From: an uncultured bacterium
Lineage (GTDB): Bacteria; Desulfobacterota_D; UBA1144; Nemesobacterales; UBA2774
Direction: 5' to 3'
DNA: 64,000 nucleotides
Assembly: GCA_963825135.1 (NCBI GenBank)
Contig: CAWGRW010000009.1
Coordinates: 960,001 to 1,024,000 of the forward strand
A program made the position numbers and the translations under genes. Under the pieces are notes generated by a model that saw nothing but the letters and a program-made list of their open reading frames with translations, made no database searches and was not told where the DNA came from. Positions within the stretch are counted from its first letter, which is position 1. Every line of letters starts with the position of its first letter. Below, piece after piece: positions 49,548 to 59,223 of this stretch.

Positions 49548-50567
49548 ATGTTCAAATTCGCGTGGCCATGGATGGGATTGCTGCTTATTTTGCCGCTTGC
49601 CGTGAGGCTGTTGCTTCCCGCGGTGCAGCGTAAAGCATCTTTGCCGATTTTACGTTTCCCCCACATGGAGGTTCTGAAGAACTCCTTTGCCGCATTCTCT
49701 CCCGAGGGCGCGAAGTCGGGCCGTCTGTTTATAATTCTTCTCTCCTTACTCTGGCTTTGTCTCGTGCTGGCGTTAATGCGGCCCGAGACCGTGGACCAGC
49801 TGACCGAAGTCGAAAATCAGGGGTACGATATCATGCTCGCGGTTGATCTTTCCGGTTCCATGCGCGCGCTCGATTTCTCGGAAGGCAGCGAGCGCGTCGA
49901 CAGGCTGGACGTGGCAAAGAGGGTGGTCGGGAATTTCGTCGAGGACAGGAAAAACGACCGCATAGGACTCGTCCTGTTTGGTGATCACGCCTATCAATAC
50001 GCCCCGCTCACGCAGGATACGCATGCGGTGAGCAAAATGCTCGACGAAACGGTCATAAGCATGGCCGGGGACGGAACGGCTATTGGCGACGCTATTGGGC
50101 TCGCAGTTAAGGGCTTGCGCGACAGGCCCGAAAAATCCCGGATTATCATACTGCTGACAGACGGCGAAGACACGGCCAGTTCCATTCCGCCGCTTCAAGC
50201 CGCCAAGCTGGCCAAGGATTACGGCATCAGGATTTATACGATTGGCATAGGCCGCAAGGGTCTTGTTCCCTACCCCGATCGGTACGGGCGGGTAGTCATG
50301 GTGCAAACCAGTCTTGATGAAAAATTGCTTCGGCAAATAGCCGATACTACGGACGGGAGCTATTTCCGCGCCGCTGATTCGAACGCTCTGCAGGAAGTGT
50401 ACAAGCAGATAAACAAGCTGGAAAAAAGTAAAGGTGAAACACGGCAATATCTAATCCGTACCCCGCTATACCGTTATCCGCTCGCCCCGGGGCTCGGCTT
50501 ATTAGCGTTGATAGCCCTGCTGCCGCTCCTCTCGCGGCGGGCCGGAAGGAGACAATATGGATTTTGA
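49548..50567 (+). CDS. VWA domain protein (BatA-like)
   Basis: DLSGSM MIDAS, TAIGDAIG, LLTDG; N- and C-terminal TMs. Confidence 0.92.
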   Translation: MFKFAWPWMGLLLILPLAVRLLLPAVQRKASLPILRFPHMEVLKNSFAAFSPEGAKSGRLFIILLSLLWLCLVLALMRPETVDQLTEVENQGYDIMLAVDLSGSMRALDFSEGSERVDRLDVAKRVVGNFVEDRKNDRIGLVLFGDHAYQYAPLTQDTHAVSKMLDETVISMAGDGTAIGDAIGLAVKGLRDRPEKSRIIILLTDGEDTASSIPPLQAAKLAKDYGIRIYTIGIGRKGLVPYPDRYGRVVMVQTSLDEKLLRQIADTTDGSYFRAADSNALQEVYKQINKLEKSKGETRQYLIRTPLYRYPLAPGLGLLALIALLPLLSRRAGRRQYGF

Positions 50568-52593
50568 TTTTCTTCCCGCCCCTTTCCATTTTGCCGAACC
50601 CGTCTGGCTATGGGGCCTGGCCCTTGTGCCGCTTATCTGGTTATCGTATATCCTTTTTTATCGCCGGGGTGTCCGGACGGCGGGGAGATTAAAGGATTTT
50701 GCTGATGCTCACCTGCTGCCCCACCTGCTGGCAGAAGAAGAGAAGGCCGGAAAGAAACAAAGGCATACATGGCCGGCCCTGCTGGCATGGTCTCTCATCT
50801 GGGCATGCGGCCTGCTGGCGTTAGCCGGGCCCCGCTGGGACTATACCGAGGTCAAAGCATTCGCCCCCGCCCGTGATCTCCTCATCTTGCTCGACTTATC
50901 GAGATCCATGGACGCACAGGATATCAAGCCTTCCCGCCTTGCCCGCGCCCGGCAGGAAATAGAGGACATTCTGAAGGCCTCTCAAGGCACGAGAGTGGGT
51001 CTGATCGCCTTTGACACCGTGCCCCATTTGATTACTCCGCTCACAGACGACAAGGAGACCCTAAACCGCCTTCTGCCCTATATGAAGACCGACCTGGTTT
51101 ATGTACAGGGAAGCTATCTCGCCCCTGCTCTGGAAATGGCCGGACAGATGTTGAAGACGGAAACGGGCGATGAAAAAAATGTTCTGATATTAAGTGACGG
51201 CGGTTTTGATGACGGCGATGCCACCATACTGCAGGCGGAACAAGCTCTCAGATCACAGGGTGTGCGAATCTACGTTATGGGCACGGGGACCGCGCAGGGT
51301 GTGCCCATACCGGACGGTAAAGGCGGCTACATCAAACAAGACGGCACACTGGTTTTTTCCCGTCTCGAAGAGAGCCGATTAAAACGCGTTGCCGGCGACG
51401 GCGGAGGATTCTATGAGCAAGCCGGCTATCTGGGCGACGACACGCAAACGCTTCTTTCCGGAATACAAAGCGTTTCGGCATCAAAACCGGGGGCGGAGAA
51501 AACAACGCGATATTGGGAAGAACGGTTTTACGTATTCCTGCTCCCATTTGCTCTTCTGATCCTTCCCTGGTTCCGTCGTAACGCGGCGTTCCCGGTCGTG
51601 ATTGCGGCCCTTATTCTCACACAGTCCGCACAAGCGCATGCTTTTGACTGGGACAGCCTGTTCCTGAACAAGGAACAGCAGGGTGAAAAGTACGTGAAAG
51701 AAGGACAGTATGACAAGGCCGTCAAAGAGTTTGACGACCCCTACCGCAAGGGCGTGTCACAATACAAGTCAGGGAATTATAAAGCGGCGGCCGAATCCTT
51801 TCAGGCGGCGGACCGCCCTGAGATAAGGACAGACGCGCGCTATAACCTGGGCAATGCCCAGCTCATGAGCGGCCGGATAGAGGACGCTGTCAAGACTTAT
51901 GAAGATATCTTAAAATCGAACCCCGATCACACGGACGCGCAGCATAATCTGGAAATTGCTAAACAGCTTCTTGAAAAGCGGCAGCAGAACAATCAGCATC
52001 AAAAGGACCAAAACAACCAGCAACAACAGGGCTCTCAGGATAGCAAAGAAAATCAGAATAGCCCGCAGAATAATCAGGCGCAAAACCGGCAGCAGGATCA
52101 AAAAGGCCAAAACGACCAGCAGCAACAAGGCTCTCAAGATAACAAAGAAAATCAGGACAGCTCGCAGAATAATCAGGCGCGAAACCAACCGAATGAGCAA
52201 AACAGCCAAGGAGAGGCCGACAGTAAGAACAACGATAAAAACAGTGAAGAACAAAAGCGCCGGGGAGAGGAGTCTTCCGGTAAGCAGGGGGAGCAGAATA
52301 AAGCTCAACAGGCGGAGGAAAATAAAGAGGGTCAGGACACCGAACACGGCGAGCAGCGAGCCGAGGAGCCGGGTAATGAACGTACCGGACAGCCTGATTC
52401 GAAATTCGACGCCGAGAAAGACCAGATGCAATACAGTCCCGAAGCGCAAGAACAAACGGCCAGAACACAGAAGGACATCAATGCGGATCAGTGGCTCAAC
52501 CGAATTGAAAATGATGCGGAGTTGTTCCTGAAAAATAAATTTTATATCGAATCGCAGCGCTACAAGGCTAAAGAAGGTGAGAATCCATGGTGA
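50557..52593 (+). CDS. VWA + TPR protein (BatB/BatC-like fusion) with Q/N-rich tail
   Basis: DLSRSM, PSRL, YNLGNA TPR, QWLNRI. Confidence 0.9.
   Translation: MDFDFLPAPFHFAEPVWLWGLALVPLIWLSYILFYRRGVRTAGRLKDFADAHLLPHLLAEEEKAGKKQRHTWPALLAWSLIWACGLLALAGPRWDYTEVKAFAPARDLLILLDLSRSMDAQDIKPSRLARARQEIEDILKASQGTRVGLIAFDTVPHLITPLTDDKETLNRLLPYMKTDLVYVQGSYLAPALEMAGQMLKTETGDEKNVLILSDGGFDDGDATILQAEQALRSQGVRIYVMGTGTAQGVPIPDGKGGYIKQDGTLVFSRLEESRLKRVAGDGGGFYEQAGYLGDDTQTLLSGIQSVSASKPGAEKTTRYWEERFYVFLLPFALLILPWFRRNAAFPVVIAALILTQSAQAHAFDWDSLFLNKEQQGEKYVKEGQYDKAVKEFDDPYRKGVSQYKSGNYKAAAESFQAADRPEIRTDARYNLGNAQLMSGRIEDAVKTYEDILKSNPDHTDAQHNLEIAKQLLEKRQQNNQHQKDQNNQQQQGSQDSKENQNSPQNNQAQNRQQDQKGQNDQQQQGSQDNKENQDSSQNNQARNQPNEQNSQGEADSKNNDKNSEEQKRRGEESSGKQGEQNKAQQAEENKEGQDTEHGEQRAEEPGNERTGQPDSKFDAEKDQMQYSPEAQEQTARTQKDINADQWLNRIENDAELFLKNKFYIESQRYKAKEGENPW
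51994..52191 (+). repeat. Imperfect 2 x 99-bp in-frame tandem duplication
   Basis: QHQKDQNNQQQQGSQDSKENQNSPQNNQAQNRQ / QDQKGQNDQQQQGSQDNKENQDSSQNNQARNQP. Confidence 0.85.
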
Positions 52594-54437
52594 AATATGT
52601 AAGACTGTTTGCACTAATTTTAGTTTTCCTGCCGTTCAGCATGGAGGCGGCTCTTGCAGGTTCTTTTACGGCCAGCGTCGACCGCACGCAGCTCGCTCCG
52701 GGAGAAAGTCTGACGCTCGAGCTTTCCCTGTCCGGCGCGTCGCCGAACGGGAGCCCGGACCTCGGTCCTCTGGAGGAAGCCTTTACTACCTACTCCCAAG
52801 GGCAGTCTCGACAGACCACTATCATCAATACCAGTATTACCTCCAGTATTAACTGGCAGCTTGTACTGATACCCAAGAAATCCGGCGACATAAAAATTCC
52901 GGCCCTCTCCATACAAACGGACGACGGCCCGCTGCAATCTCAGCCCATCGATATAAGCGTTACTAAATCAGCCGGGTTGTCGCAGGAAGGGGCGACCGGC
53001 GGCGACGCCCTTATTGTTACCACGAATGTCAATAACGCTCATCCTTACCAGAACGAGCCGGTTTTATTTACGGTCAAGCTGATTGCCCGCAGGAGCGTAA
53101 GCGACGTCAGCGTCCCTGAATTTAATGTCGAAGGGGCGATTGTGAAAAAACAGGGCGATGCGAAGATATACGACGAGGTATTGCAGGGGGAGCGGGTTAA
53201 GGCTATTGAAGTGCGTTATCTGATCACTCCCATGCAATCGGGCACGGTCAATATTCCCGCTTATGTTTTTCAGGGCCAGGTCGAGTCGGACAGGCAGCCG
53301 AGTGATTTTTTTGGCAGACGCATGCGTGATTCAGGCATATTCGACGATCTCGGAAAGTTTCCGGGTTTTTCTTCCTTCGTACCTTTTGTCGTATCAGGTC
53401 AGGAGATCACTCTTGACGTCAAACCGCCGGCAGCGCAGATGGATCCGTGGCTGCCGTTGAAATCATTGGAAATATCCGATGTCCTCCAAAACCCTGAGGG
53501 CGCTAAAGTGGGAGAGCCGTTAACGCGCAAAATCAAGCTCGTCGCCCAGGGGACCCTCGGCGCAAATCTGCCCGATCTGGAGAGCCGGATTGCTCCGGAC
53601 GGCTCGTTCAGAATTTATGCTGACAAACCGGTGACGGGAGAAAGCTTTAACAAGGATAGTAATACGATAACCGGCTGGCGCGAGGAAAGTTATTCGTTGA
53701 TCCCGCAGAAAAGCGGCAAATTCACTCTGCCGGAAATCAAAGTGGCCTGGTGGGATGTGACAAATAATAAAATCTCCTATGCCACGTCGCCTGCTATAAC
53801 AGTTAACGTTATGCCCGGGCTATCCGGGGACGGAGATAAGAAGGAGAGTGTGAGCTCCTCACAGGCGCAAAAGTCAGAGGGTGCAAAAATCGATGAGCGT
53901 GACCCCTCATCCCTTCCAACGGAAAAAGTAGTCGGCGAAGGGACCGCTCGAACGGTGCTATATGCTATTCTGGCTGCGCTGAGTCTGACCGTCATTATAT
54001 TGGCGTGCGCGGTTTATTATTTGTTCCGCAAGCTCTCCTCGCAGAAGACCGAGAGACCGGACAACTACGATAAGACCACAGTAGGCCCATACGCGGGCGC
54101 CAATCGGTACAAATTATCGGCAGGCGAGATAAGTAGGTGCAAATCACCAGGGGAGTTGCGGAGCTTTCTCCAGACCTATGCCTCCCAGCATTGGGAAACA
54201 CCACGAAACGCGACGTTTCAGAACATGCTTTCAATCCTGAGAAAGCGCGGCGTACAAACCGACGCGCTCGAAATAGAACGGGTTTTTTCCGACCTGGACG
54301 CTTCGCTGTATGCCGGGGGAAACATCGATATCGAAGTGGTCAAGAAGCGTCTCCGGGATATTTTAAAAGCTGTCGACGGGACAATCGCCAAACCGGAGAA
54401 ACAAAAGGAAAAGCTGGGAAGCCTGAATCCGACCTGA
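52587..54437 (+). CDS. BatD family protein
   Basis: Signal peptide, ASVDR, IPAL, VGEPLTR, WWDV, C-terminal LNP. Confidence 0.88.
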   Translation: MVKYVRLFALILVFLPFSMEAALAGSFTASVDRTQLAPGESLTLELSLSGASPNGSPDLGPLEEAFTTYSQGQSRQTTIINTSITSSINWQLVLIPKKSGDIKIPALSIQTDDGPLQSQPIDISVTKSAGLSQEGATGGDALIVTTNVNNAHPYQNEPVLFTVKLIARRSVSDVSVPEFNVEGAIVKKQGDAKIYDEVLQGERVKAIEVRYLITPMQSGTVNIPAYVFQGQVESDRQPSDFFGRRMRDSGIFDDLGKFPGFSSFVPFVVSGQEITLDVKPPAAQMDPWLPLKSLEISDVLQNPEGAKVGEPLTRKIKLVAQGTLGANLPDLESRIAPDGSFRIYADKPVTGESFNKDSNTITGWREESYSLIPQKSGKFTLPEIKVAWWDVTNNKISYATSPAITVNVMPGLSGDGDKKESVSSSQAQKSEGAKIDERDPSSLPTEKVVGEGTARTVLYAILAALSLTVIILACAVYYLFRKLSSQKTERPDNYDKTTVGPYAGANRYKLSAGEISRCKSPGELRSFLQTYASQHWETPRNATFQNMLSILRKRGVQTDALEIERVFSDLDASLYAGGNIDIEVVKKRLRDILKAVDGTIAKPEKQKEKLGSLNPT

Positions 54438-54554
54438 TGAAATCGAGTGGATGAGTCCGGGCGTCGAGACGAAATTTTCTTCGTATATTTCCGCGGTCTT
54501 TTCGTCCGCAACATTCCGGACAGCCCGTTTCCCCGCCGAGCTGTTTGTAAACAC

Positions 54555-54631
54555 TGGTGGAGATGACGGGAATCGAACCCGCGACCTCCGCGTTGCGAAC
54601 GCGGCGCTCTCCCAAGCTGAGCTACATCCCC
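54555..54631 (-). tRNA. tRNA-Ala (anticodon CGC)
   Basis: GGGGATGTAGCTCAG..CCGCG-TTCGCAA-CGCGG..GGTTCGATTCCC..CATCTCCACCA; G3:U70 pair. Confidence 0.96.
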
Positions 54632-54694
54632 ACGTCTGTGATTGGTATGGATTTTATATGAATTTTTTGCAACTGGAAAGAAACATCTGAAAAA

Positions 54695-56161
54695 TCACCG
54701 GGACGCCTTCACCGCCCTGTTCGAAGCCCAGCGCTCGAGCTTCGATATCTCCTCCCTCATCGTCGTCGAGAGGGGCACGATCGAGGAAGAGGCGATTATA
54801 AGCTCCCTGTCGTCGAGCTCCTTCCCCTTCGAATAGGACTCGAAGAGCGCGGATATTACTGCCTGCTCTATCTCGGCCCCGCTGAGGCCCTCCGTGTTCT
54901 TGGCGAGCGAATCGAGGTCAAAGCCGTCGGGGTTCTTCCCGCGGTTCTGGAGGTGGATTCTGAATATCTCGCGTCTCTCTTTCGGATTCGGCAGCGTGAT
55001 AAAGAATATTTCGTCGAACCTCCCCTTCCGGAGAATTTCAGGCGGAAGCAAATCTATCTGGTTCGCGGTCGCCGTAACGAAAACCGGATACGCCTTTTCC
55101 TGCATCCATGTGAGGAAGTACCCGAAGATCCTCGACGTAGGGCTGTCCCCCGACTTCTCCCCGCTCCTGGTGATGCCCGCCTCTATCTCGTCGATCCAGA
55201 GCACGCAGGGGGCGGTCGCTTCAACAGTCTTTATCGACTTCCTGAACGCCTCCTCCGGGCTCCCGAACGACTCGCTGTAGACCTGGTTAAGGTCGAGCCT
55301 GAGCAGCGGCAGGTTCCAGGCGGTGGCTATGGCTTTCGCGCAGAGGCTCTTCCCGCACCCGCTTATACCCATGAGCAGAATCCCCTTGGGCGTGTCGAGT
55401 CCGAATTCCTTCGCCTCGCTCGAAAAGGCGAGCTGCCTCACTTTGAGCCATTCCTTGATATTTTCGAGTCCGCCGACCTTGTCTATATCCACCCTGCTCC
55501 TTACGAAATCGAGCGTGCCCGATTTCCTCACGAGCTGCGCCTTCTCCTCTAGGAGCGCGTCGACAGCGTCCTCGCCGAGCTCCTCCCTCCCAACGAAGGT
55601 CCTCCTGAGCGCGAGCTCCATCTCGAGCGCGCCCAGTCCCTGCAGCGCATTGATAGCCGCTTCCCTGAAAAACGGCTTCATGGAACTCTGCGCGCTCTCG
55701 GGCGTGTACGTCTTTATAATGAAGTCGAAGATCTTGCCGGTCTCCGATCTGTCGGGGAGGTCGATATCAATTACTGCCATTTCCTTCTCAAGCTCGAGCG
55801 GAATCGAAACGGAATGAGATAGAATAAAAATTGTCTTCGGTGATTTTCTTAATCTTTGATAGGCGTCTTTCAGTTTTCTCAGAATCCTCGGATCGTCGAG
55901 AAAATAATGTACATCCTTAAACAAATAAAAGCCCTTTGATTGCTCCTCCACTGCCTTATCAAGGGCTTTAACCAGGTTTTCCGAGCCGTCTCTGAAACCC
56001 TCGGTGCAAGACCACACCGAGAATTTACCGGCATCCCCGTAGATGTTCTTCCCTATCGATTTGATAGAATTCTCGACCCTCTCCTCCTCCGACGAGACGA
56101 GATAGATGATCGGGTAGCCCGCTTTTACGAAATTCTCGATTGTTTTCGTGGGAAATGCCAT
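54695..56161 (-). CDS. AAA family ATPase (Ycf46-like)
   Basis: VGGLENIKEWL, GISGCGKS, WIDEIE, RKGRFDEIF. Confidence 0.9.
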   Translation of the reverse strand: MAFPTKTIENFVKAGYPIIYLVSSEEERVENSIKSIGKNIYGDAGKFSVWSCTEGFRDGSENLVKALDKAVEEQSKGFYLFKDVHYFLDDPRILRKLKDAYQRLRKSPKTIFILSHSVSIPLELEKEMAVIDIDLPDRSETGKIFDFIIKTYTPESAQSSMKPFFREAAINALQGLGALEMELALRRTFVGREELGEDAVDALLEEKAQLVRKSGTLDFVRSRVDIDKVGGLENIKEWLKVRQLAFSSEAKEFGLDTPKGILLMGISGCGKSLCAKAIATAWNLPLLRLDLNQVYSESFGSPEEAFRKSIKTVEATAPCVLWIDEIEAGITRSGEKSGDSPTSRIFGYFLTWMQEKAYPVFVTATANQIDLLPPEILRKGRFDEIFFITLPNPKERREIFRIHLQNRGKNPDGFDLDSLAKNTEGLSGAEIEQAVISALFESYSKGKELDDRELIIASSSIVPLSTTMREEISKLERWASNRAVKASR

Positions 56162-56233
56162 AACTCCACGTAAGTATATAGCATGTCCGTCGAATTAGTT
56201 TCGGGAAATCAGATTGTGAGGGATTTTAGGGCT

Positions 56234-57781
56234 TTACATCCCCTGAGTTGTAACCCTCTTCGGATGCTCTTTCCGCCAGCGGAGCTTGTTAAGCGCGTTT
56301 ACGTATGCCTTCACGCTCGCAACCACTATATCCGTGTTAGATCCCTGGCCCTGGGTAATGACCCCTTCGTCTTCAACCCTTACCGTAACCTCCCCCTGTG
56401 CGTCTATCCCCTCGGTTATAGAGGCGACGACGTAGTTCTCCAGGGTAGGATTGAGTCCGGTGGCTTTGGATACGGCCTGATAGGCAGCGTCCACGGGGCC
56501 GTCCCCGCTCTCGGAGATTGTAACTTCCTTACCGTCTATCAGCAGCTTCACGGTCACGACGGGCTGCATGTCGGACCCGCCCGAATAGTTTGCGGAAATG
56601 AGTTTGTAAAAATCAGACGAGCGGACGAACTCCTCGCTGATCAGGGCTTCGATGTCCTCGTCGAATACGTATTTCTTTTTGTCCGCCAGATCCTTGAACT
56701 TTCTAAACGCGCTCTCGAAGGCCTTATCGTCGAGGAAATACCCGTAGTCCTCGAGACGGTCCTTAAAAGCATGCCGTCCCGAGTGCTTTCCGAGGATAAG
56801 CTTATTCGAGGGAATTCCTACCTCTTCCGGGTCCATGATTTCGTAAGTGATCCTATCCTTGAGCACGCCGTCCTGATGTATGCCCGCTTCGTGAGCGAAG
56901 GCGTTTGCCCCGACTATCGCCTTATTCGGCTGGACGTTCACACCCGTCACCTGGGATACCAGCCTGCTCGTCGGGTACAGCTGCTCCGTGTTGATTCTCG
57001 TCTTGAAGGGGTTACGGTCGTTCCTGACCTTGAGCCCCATTACTATCTCTTCGAGCGAGGCGTTCCCGGCCCTCTCTCCGAGACCGTTGATCGTGCATTC
57101 GACTTGCCTCGCCCCTTCCCTGATCGCGGCGATAGAGTTCGCGACCGCAAGACCGAGGTCGTTATGGCAGTGTACGCTGAGAATAATATCATCGAGGCCC
57201 GGAACTTTTTCCTTAAGCGTCCGTATGATGTACGAAAACTCCTCGGGGACCGTATATCCGACAGTGTCCGGGATGTTTATGATCCTGGCGCCAGACCTTA
57301 CTGCTACATCCACCGCACGGCAGAGGTAATCCAGATCAGTCCTGGTCGCGTCCTCGCACGAGAATTCCACGTTCTCCGTATAGTGCCTGGCGTGTTTGAC
57401 CGCGGTGCTGATGATCTCGAGCACCTCGTCCCTCGATTTCCTGAGCTTATGTTTCAGATGTATATCCGAGGTGGCGATAAAGGTATGTATCCTCGGGTAC
57501 TCGGCGTTCCTGACCGCTTCCCAGCCCCTGTCTATGTCATTGAAGTTTGCCCTGCAGAGACCCGCTATCTCGCACCCGCGTATCTTCTCCGCTATGACTT
57601 TGACGGACTCGAAATCGCCCTCGGAAGAAATGGGAAACCCGGCTTCGATGACATCGACGCCGAGCTTCTCGAGCTGGTGAGCTACCCTGAGCTTCTCTTC
57701 AGCGGTCATACCGCAGCCCGGGGCCTGCTCTCCGTCCCTTAAGGTCGTATCGAATATCTTCACCATGTTGTCGCTGCCCAT
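56234..57781 (-). CDS. leuA: 2-isopropylmalate synthase
   Basis: FDTTLRDGEQ, HCHNDLGLA, GERAGN, LGKHSGR, regulatory domain. Confidence 0.96.
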   Translation of the reverse strand: MGSDNMVKIFDTTLRDGEQAPGCGMTAEEKLRVAHQLEKLGVDVIEAGFPISSEGDFESVKVIAEKIRGCEIAGLCRANFNDIDRGWEAVRNAEYPRIHTFIATSDIHLKHKLRKSRDEVLEIISTAVKHARHYTENVEFSCEDATRTDLDYLCRAVDVAVRSGARIINIPDTVGYTVPEEFSYIIRTLKEKVPGLDDIILSVHCHNDLGLAVANSIAAIREGARQVECTINGLGERAGNASLEEIVMGLKVRNDRNPFKTRINTEQLYPTSRLVSQVTGVNVQPNKAIVGANAFAHEAGIHQDGVLKDRITYEIMDPEEVGIPSNKLILGKHSGRHAFKDRLEDYGYFLDDKAFESAFRKFKDLADKKKYVFDEDIEALISEEFVRSSDFYKLISANYSGGSDMQPVVTVKLLIDGKEVTISESGDGPVDAAYQAVSKATGLNPTLENYVVASITEGIDAQGEVTVRVEDEGVITQGQGSNTDIVVASVKAYVNALNKLRWRKEHPKRVTTQGM

Positions 57782-57807
57782 CTCGTACGCCTCCTCAAAC
57801 TCAAATT

Positions 57808-57836
57808 AGTCTAAGACTTGGAGCATGTTTTGTCAA
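57808..57836 (-). promoter_or_regulatory. Sigma70-type promoter of leuA
   Basis: TTGACA-17-TAGACT. Confidence 0.6.
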
Positions 57837-57884
57837 TCGAAACAAGGGCATGCGGAAGGGGGAGGAGTACGGGCGCGTAATATC

Positions 57885-58643
57885 CTATAAACCTGTCGGC
57901 AGGTCGATGAAAACCGTCTCAATTTCAAACTTCTTTTGTATAATCCGGGAAAGGGCCCTTAAACCCATCGTTTCTGTCGCATGGTGTCCCGCGAATATTA
58001 CGTTCATTCCGGCATCCTTAGCCGTGTGGTATATCTCGACCGCGTCCCCCGTGATATATAGATCGACCCCCGCGTCAAGCGCGTTATAAAACCCGCTATA
58101 GCTCCCCCCTCCGCTGCAGACGGCTATCGTCCTTATCTTTTTCCCGCCGAACGGGAGGACCCTGCACACCGTGTTTAACTCCCGGTTGAGCTTCTCCTCG
58201 ATCTCCTTAAGCGCGATCCCCTCTCCGCAATCCCCTATCCAGCCTATATTCTTCCCGTGATAAAGGAAAAATTCGTCCGTTATCCTTGCGCCCAGAAGTT
58301 TCAGAAGCTCGGCATTATGGCCGACCTCTCTATGGCGGTCGAGCGGATTATGACTTACGTAAAGTGAAATATCGTTCTCGAATAAAATTTTGATCCTTTC
58401 CTTCGCCCAGCCTGTAATGGAGGGGTTACGGAATTCCCAGAAATGGCCGTGATGGACTATGAGCAGGTCCGCATTTTCTTCGGCTGCCATCTTGAAGGAT
58501 TCGACCCCTGCATCTACGGCGAAGGCCGCCTTCTTCACCGCGGCCTTCCCTTCAAACTGTAGGCCGTTCCATGAGGAGTCCTTAACATCTTCTGTTTTGA
58601 GATAATCGCCCAGGAACCGGACGACTTTTTCTAATCTCGGCAT
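57885..58643 (-). CDS. Nif3-like dinuclear metal centre protein
   Basis: NGLQ, VHHG, HNPLD, AGHHATE. Confidence 0.92.
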   Translation of the reverse strand: MPRLEKVVRFLGDYLKTEDVKDSSWNGLQFEGKAAVKKAAFAVDAGVESFKMAAEENADLLIVHHGHFWEFRNPSITGWAKERIKILFENDISLYVSHNPLDRHREVGHNAELLKLLGARITDEFFLYHGKNIGWIGDCGEGIALKEIEEKLNRELNTVCRVLPFGGKKIRTIAVCSGGGSYSGFYNALDAGVDLYITGDAVEIYHTAKDAGMNVIFAGHHATETMGLRALSRIIQKKFEIETVFIDLPTGL

Positions 58644-58670
58644 GATCTTTTCATCCACCCTTCCTCTTCT

Positions 58671-58714
58671 TGTCATTGCGAGCGTCGCGAAGCAGAGTGC
58701 GGCAATCTCGTCTT
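58671..58714 (+). repeat. Dispersed palindromic element, copy 2
   Basis: TGTCATTGCG..GCGGCAATCTCGTCTT, see 14444-14488. Confidence 0.7.
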
Positions 58715-58725
58715 ATCTTTCAATT

Positions 58726-58759
58726 CCCTCCTTTTGTAAAGGAGGGTTTGGGAGGATTT
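58726..58759. repeat. Short palindromic element / hairpin
   Basis: CCCTCCTTT-TGT-AAAGGAGGG followed by TTTGGGAGGATTT. Confidence 0.55.
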
Positions 58760-58786
58760 CGCTTTCCTAAAACCCGTCCGTCCCGA

Positions 58787-59053
58787 TCAACCCTTGCCCT
58801 TCACGAAGCGGTATACGAGGAGCAATATTATCGAGCCGCCTACCGCAAACAAGAAACTCTTTATATTGAAGCCGGGCGCGACCTGAACCTGCCCGAACAT
58901 AGGCATTTTAGCGATAAGCCCCCCGACGAACGCCCCGACCACGCCGATCACGATAGTGCCGATAAAACCGCCCGGGTCTTTACCGGGCATAAGCATCTTC
59001 GCTACCGCGCCTGCAACGAGACCGAATATGATCCACGAAATTATCTCCATCAT
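58787..59053 (-). CDS. GlsB/YeaQ/YmgE family membrane protein
   Basis: WIIFGLVAG..PGKDPGG..AVGGSIILL. Confidence 0.9.
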   Translation of the reverse strand: MMEIISWIIFGLVAGAVAKMLMPGKDPGGFIGTIVIGVVGAFVGGLIAKMPMFGQVQVAPGFNIKSFLFAVGGSIILLLVYRFVKGKG

Positions 59054-59223
59054 TTCATTCTCCTTTGTCCAGCGCTAAACGGAAACCGGCGCACGCACAC
59101 ATGGACATATTACAATTTTTTCCCAAAAACCTCAAAGCAGTGATTGCGGGATAAATCAGTAAGTCCGGAGGCTGTTTTATTTCGGGCTGATTGTCGTGTT
59201 CATGGGCTAAGAGGTTTGTTAAA

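Larger units (their letters stand above)
46923..54580. mobile_element. Putative old genomic island at tRNA-Ala carrying the moxR-bat operon; no integrase
   Basis: The tRNA 3' end and its degenerate direct repeat bracket the operon. Confidence 0.55.

Noticed and set aside
51910..52614. Hydrophobic 234-aa antisense ORF
   Set aside because: Artefact of the Q/N/K-rich coding on the opposite strand.
56183..57742. 519-aa plus-strand ORF
   Set aside because: Antisense shadow of leuA with no motifs of its own.
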